Of a DNA stretch of 40,292 nt, positions 39,228-40,292 are shown piece by piece. This stretch comes from Rhodospirillales bacterium (GTDB lineage: Bacteria; Pseudomonadota; Alphaproteobacteria; QKFK01; SZUA-500), in contig QKFK01000177.1 of assembly GCA_003252195.1 (NCBI GenBank), positions 1-40,292 of the forward strand. Direction: 5' to 3'. The notes under the pieces are model-generated. The model ran no database searches, was not told the DNA's origin, and saw nothing but the letters and a program-made list of their open reading frames with translations. The translations under genes were made by a program, and so were the position numbers. How positions within the stretch are numbered: the stretch's first letter is position 1; every line of letters begins with the position of its first letter.

Positions 39228-39992
39228 TTAAGCAAACCACTTTTCAATATGTTTGATATCTTCGTCTAATCCATATGGAGTGTTAATCATTATAACACCG
39301 CTACCCTTCATACCCTTAGACTTCACCCTAACCTCACTCTTATGATATTTAGGGAGCTCTGCATTTTGCAATATATCCACCATACTCTTATGATTATCTG
39401 CATCCAAAATAGGATACCATAACATTATAACAGCTTCTGCCCATTTTTTGTGTAATTTTATTATAAAATCAGCAGACTTATTATATTCGGTTTTAATCTC
39501 AAAAGAAGGATCTATCAAAACCAAGCCTCTGCGTGGCATTGGAGGAGAAATACCCAAAACCCCTTCATAACCGTCTCTTTTGTGTATATGAACATTTTTA
39601 TCACGCAAAAAATTACCCTTTAACGCATAATGTTCTTGAGGGTGTAATTCCATTAAATGCATGGCATCATTGTCTCTTAACAAACTTTTAGCAACCATTG
39701 GTGAACCTGGGTATATTCCATCACCATATTCCATTGCAATATCACCGATTAGCTTAAAATATGGATGAGAAAGATTAGTTCTTTTCATAAAACTAAATAT
39801 GCCATCATTGGCTTCACCCGTTTTAACAGCCTCAGCAGATTGCAAATCATAAACACCTCTACCCGCATGAGTTTCCATATAAGAAAGCGGTTTTTCTTTT
39901 TCTGTCATTTTAACAATTAGGGAACTTAATATTGCGTGTTTATGTACATCAGCAGGGCAACCAGCATGATATATATGTTGATAAGAAAGCAT
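39228..39992 (-). CDS. rlmJ: 23S rRNA m6A2030 methyltransferase
   Basis: MLSYQHIYHAG..ADVHKH, ETHAGRG.Y, YPGSP, ELHP, RRGLVLIDPSFE, WYP. AGGAGG RBS before ATG 39992. Confidence 0.95.
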   Translation of the reverse strand: MLSYQHIYHAGCPADVHKHAILSSLIVKMTEKEKPLSYMETHAGRGVYDLQSAEAVKTGEANDGIFSFMKRTNLSHPYFKLIGDIAMEYGDGIYPGSPMVAKSLLRDNDAMHLMELHPQEHYALKGNFLRDKNVHIHKRDGYEGVLGISPPMPRRGLVLIDPSFEIKTEYNKSADFIIKLHKKWAEAVIMLWYPILDADNHKSMVDILQNAELPKYHKSEVRVKSKGMKGSGVIMINTPYGLDEDIKHIEKWFA

Positions 39993-40063
39993 ATGATACC
40001 TCCTAATAAAAAACATGGCATAAATACCATGGTTAAACGTTGTTTTATTTAATTTTCTCAGTT

Positions 40064-40094
40064 AAAAACTGCCGATAAAATTACCGACAGTTTT
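40064..40094 (-). terminator. Intrinsic terminator after the edge gene
   Basis: Minus strand AAAACTGTCGGTAA-TT-TTATCGGCAGTTTTT. Confidence 0.7.
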
Positions 40095-40118
40095 AAAACC
40101 GAAATATGTAAGATTAGC

Positions 40119-40292
40119 TTATCTTCTACGTGATAAAGGCCTATCTCCTACATTGCTTTTCTTTTTAATACCCACTCTTTTGCTATGTTTTTTTGCTCCA
40201 GAATGTTTTGGTTTAGATTTTTTATCTGCAAATTTATCTGCTACAAAATCTTTTTTTCTTTCTGCTCTTGGAGCTGACTTTGAAAAAGTATT
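40119..40292 (-). CDS. 3' end of a gene entering from the window edge; very basic low-complexity tail
   Basis: Open frame NTFSKSAPRAERKKDF...KKHSKRVGIKKKSNVGDRPLSRRR* followed by a terminator. Such tails are typical of RNA-acting enzymes, but the identity cannot be determined here. Confidence 0.65.
   Translation of the reverse strand, partial: NTFSKSAPRAERKKDFVADKFADKKSKPKHSGAKKHSKRVGIKKKSNVGDRPLSRRR

Overview
AT-rich bacterial chromosomal segment, most likely from an alphaproteobacterium (GapR/DUF2312 beside pyk, three-gene R. rubrum-type transhydrogenase, Azospirillum-like GltB, Zn-free 41-aa L36). In order it carries: a nucleoside-salvage operon (cdd-punA-deoC-deoA-deoB plus a second, degenerate and frameshifted deoA paralog) divergent from upp; a 1445-aa AsmA-family protein with a charged helical tail; mlaC-like, DUF3750, orphan AapJ-like and nfsB genes; pntAa/Ab/B; gapR, pyk, rpmJ; a dTDP-rhamnose cluster (rmlA-C-D-B, GT2, YdcF) whose rmlB is frameshifted; rimO; two unknown membrane proteins with internal duplications and an orphan periplasmic binding protein; a HAD phosphatase/glycerol-1-phosphate-dehydrogenase-like pair; a stand-alone ORF with protein-kinase-like motifs; gltB without gltD; an MDR oxidoreductase; and rlmJ. 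I saw no tRNA, rRNA, CRISPR array, transposase or phage gene. Strongest leads: three clean short deletions (about 10, 27 and 20 nt) in conserved motifs of otherwise intact genes; the candidate DeoA pseudoenzyme; the atypical kinase-like ORF; the G1PDH+HAD pair; an RPE-like palindromic element after pntB; and an output-less double-sensor membrane protein coupled to a binding protein. All family calls come from manual motif recognition, not database searches.
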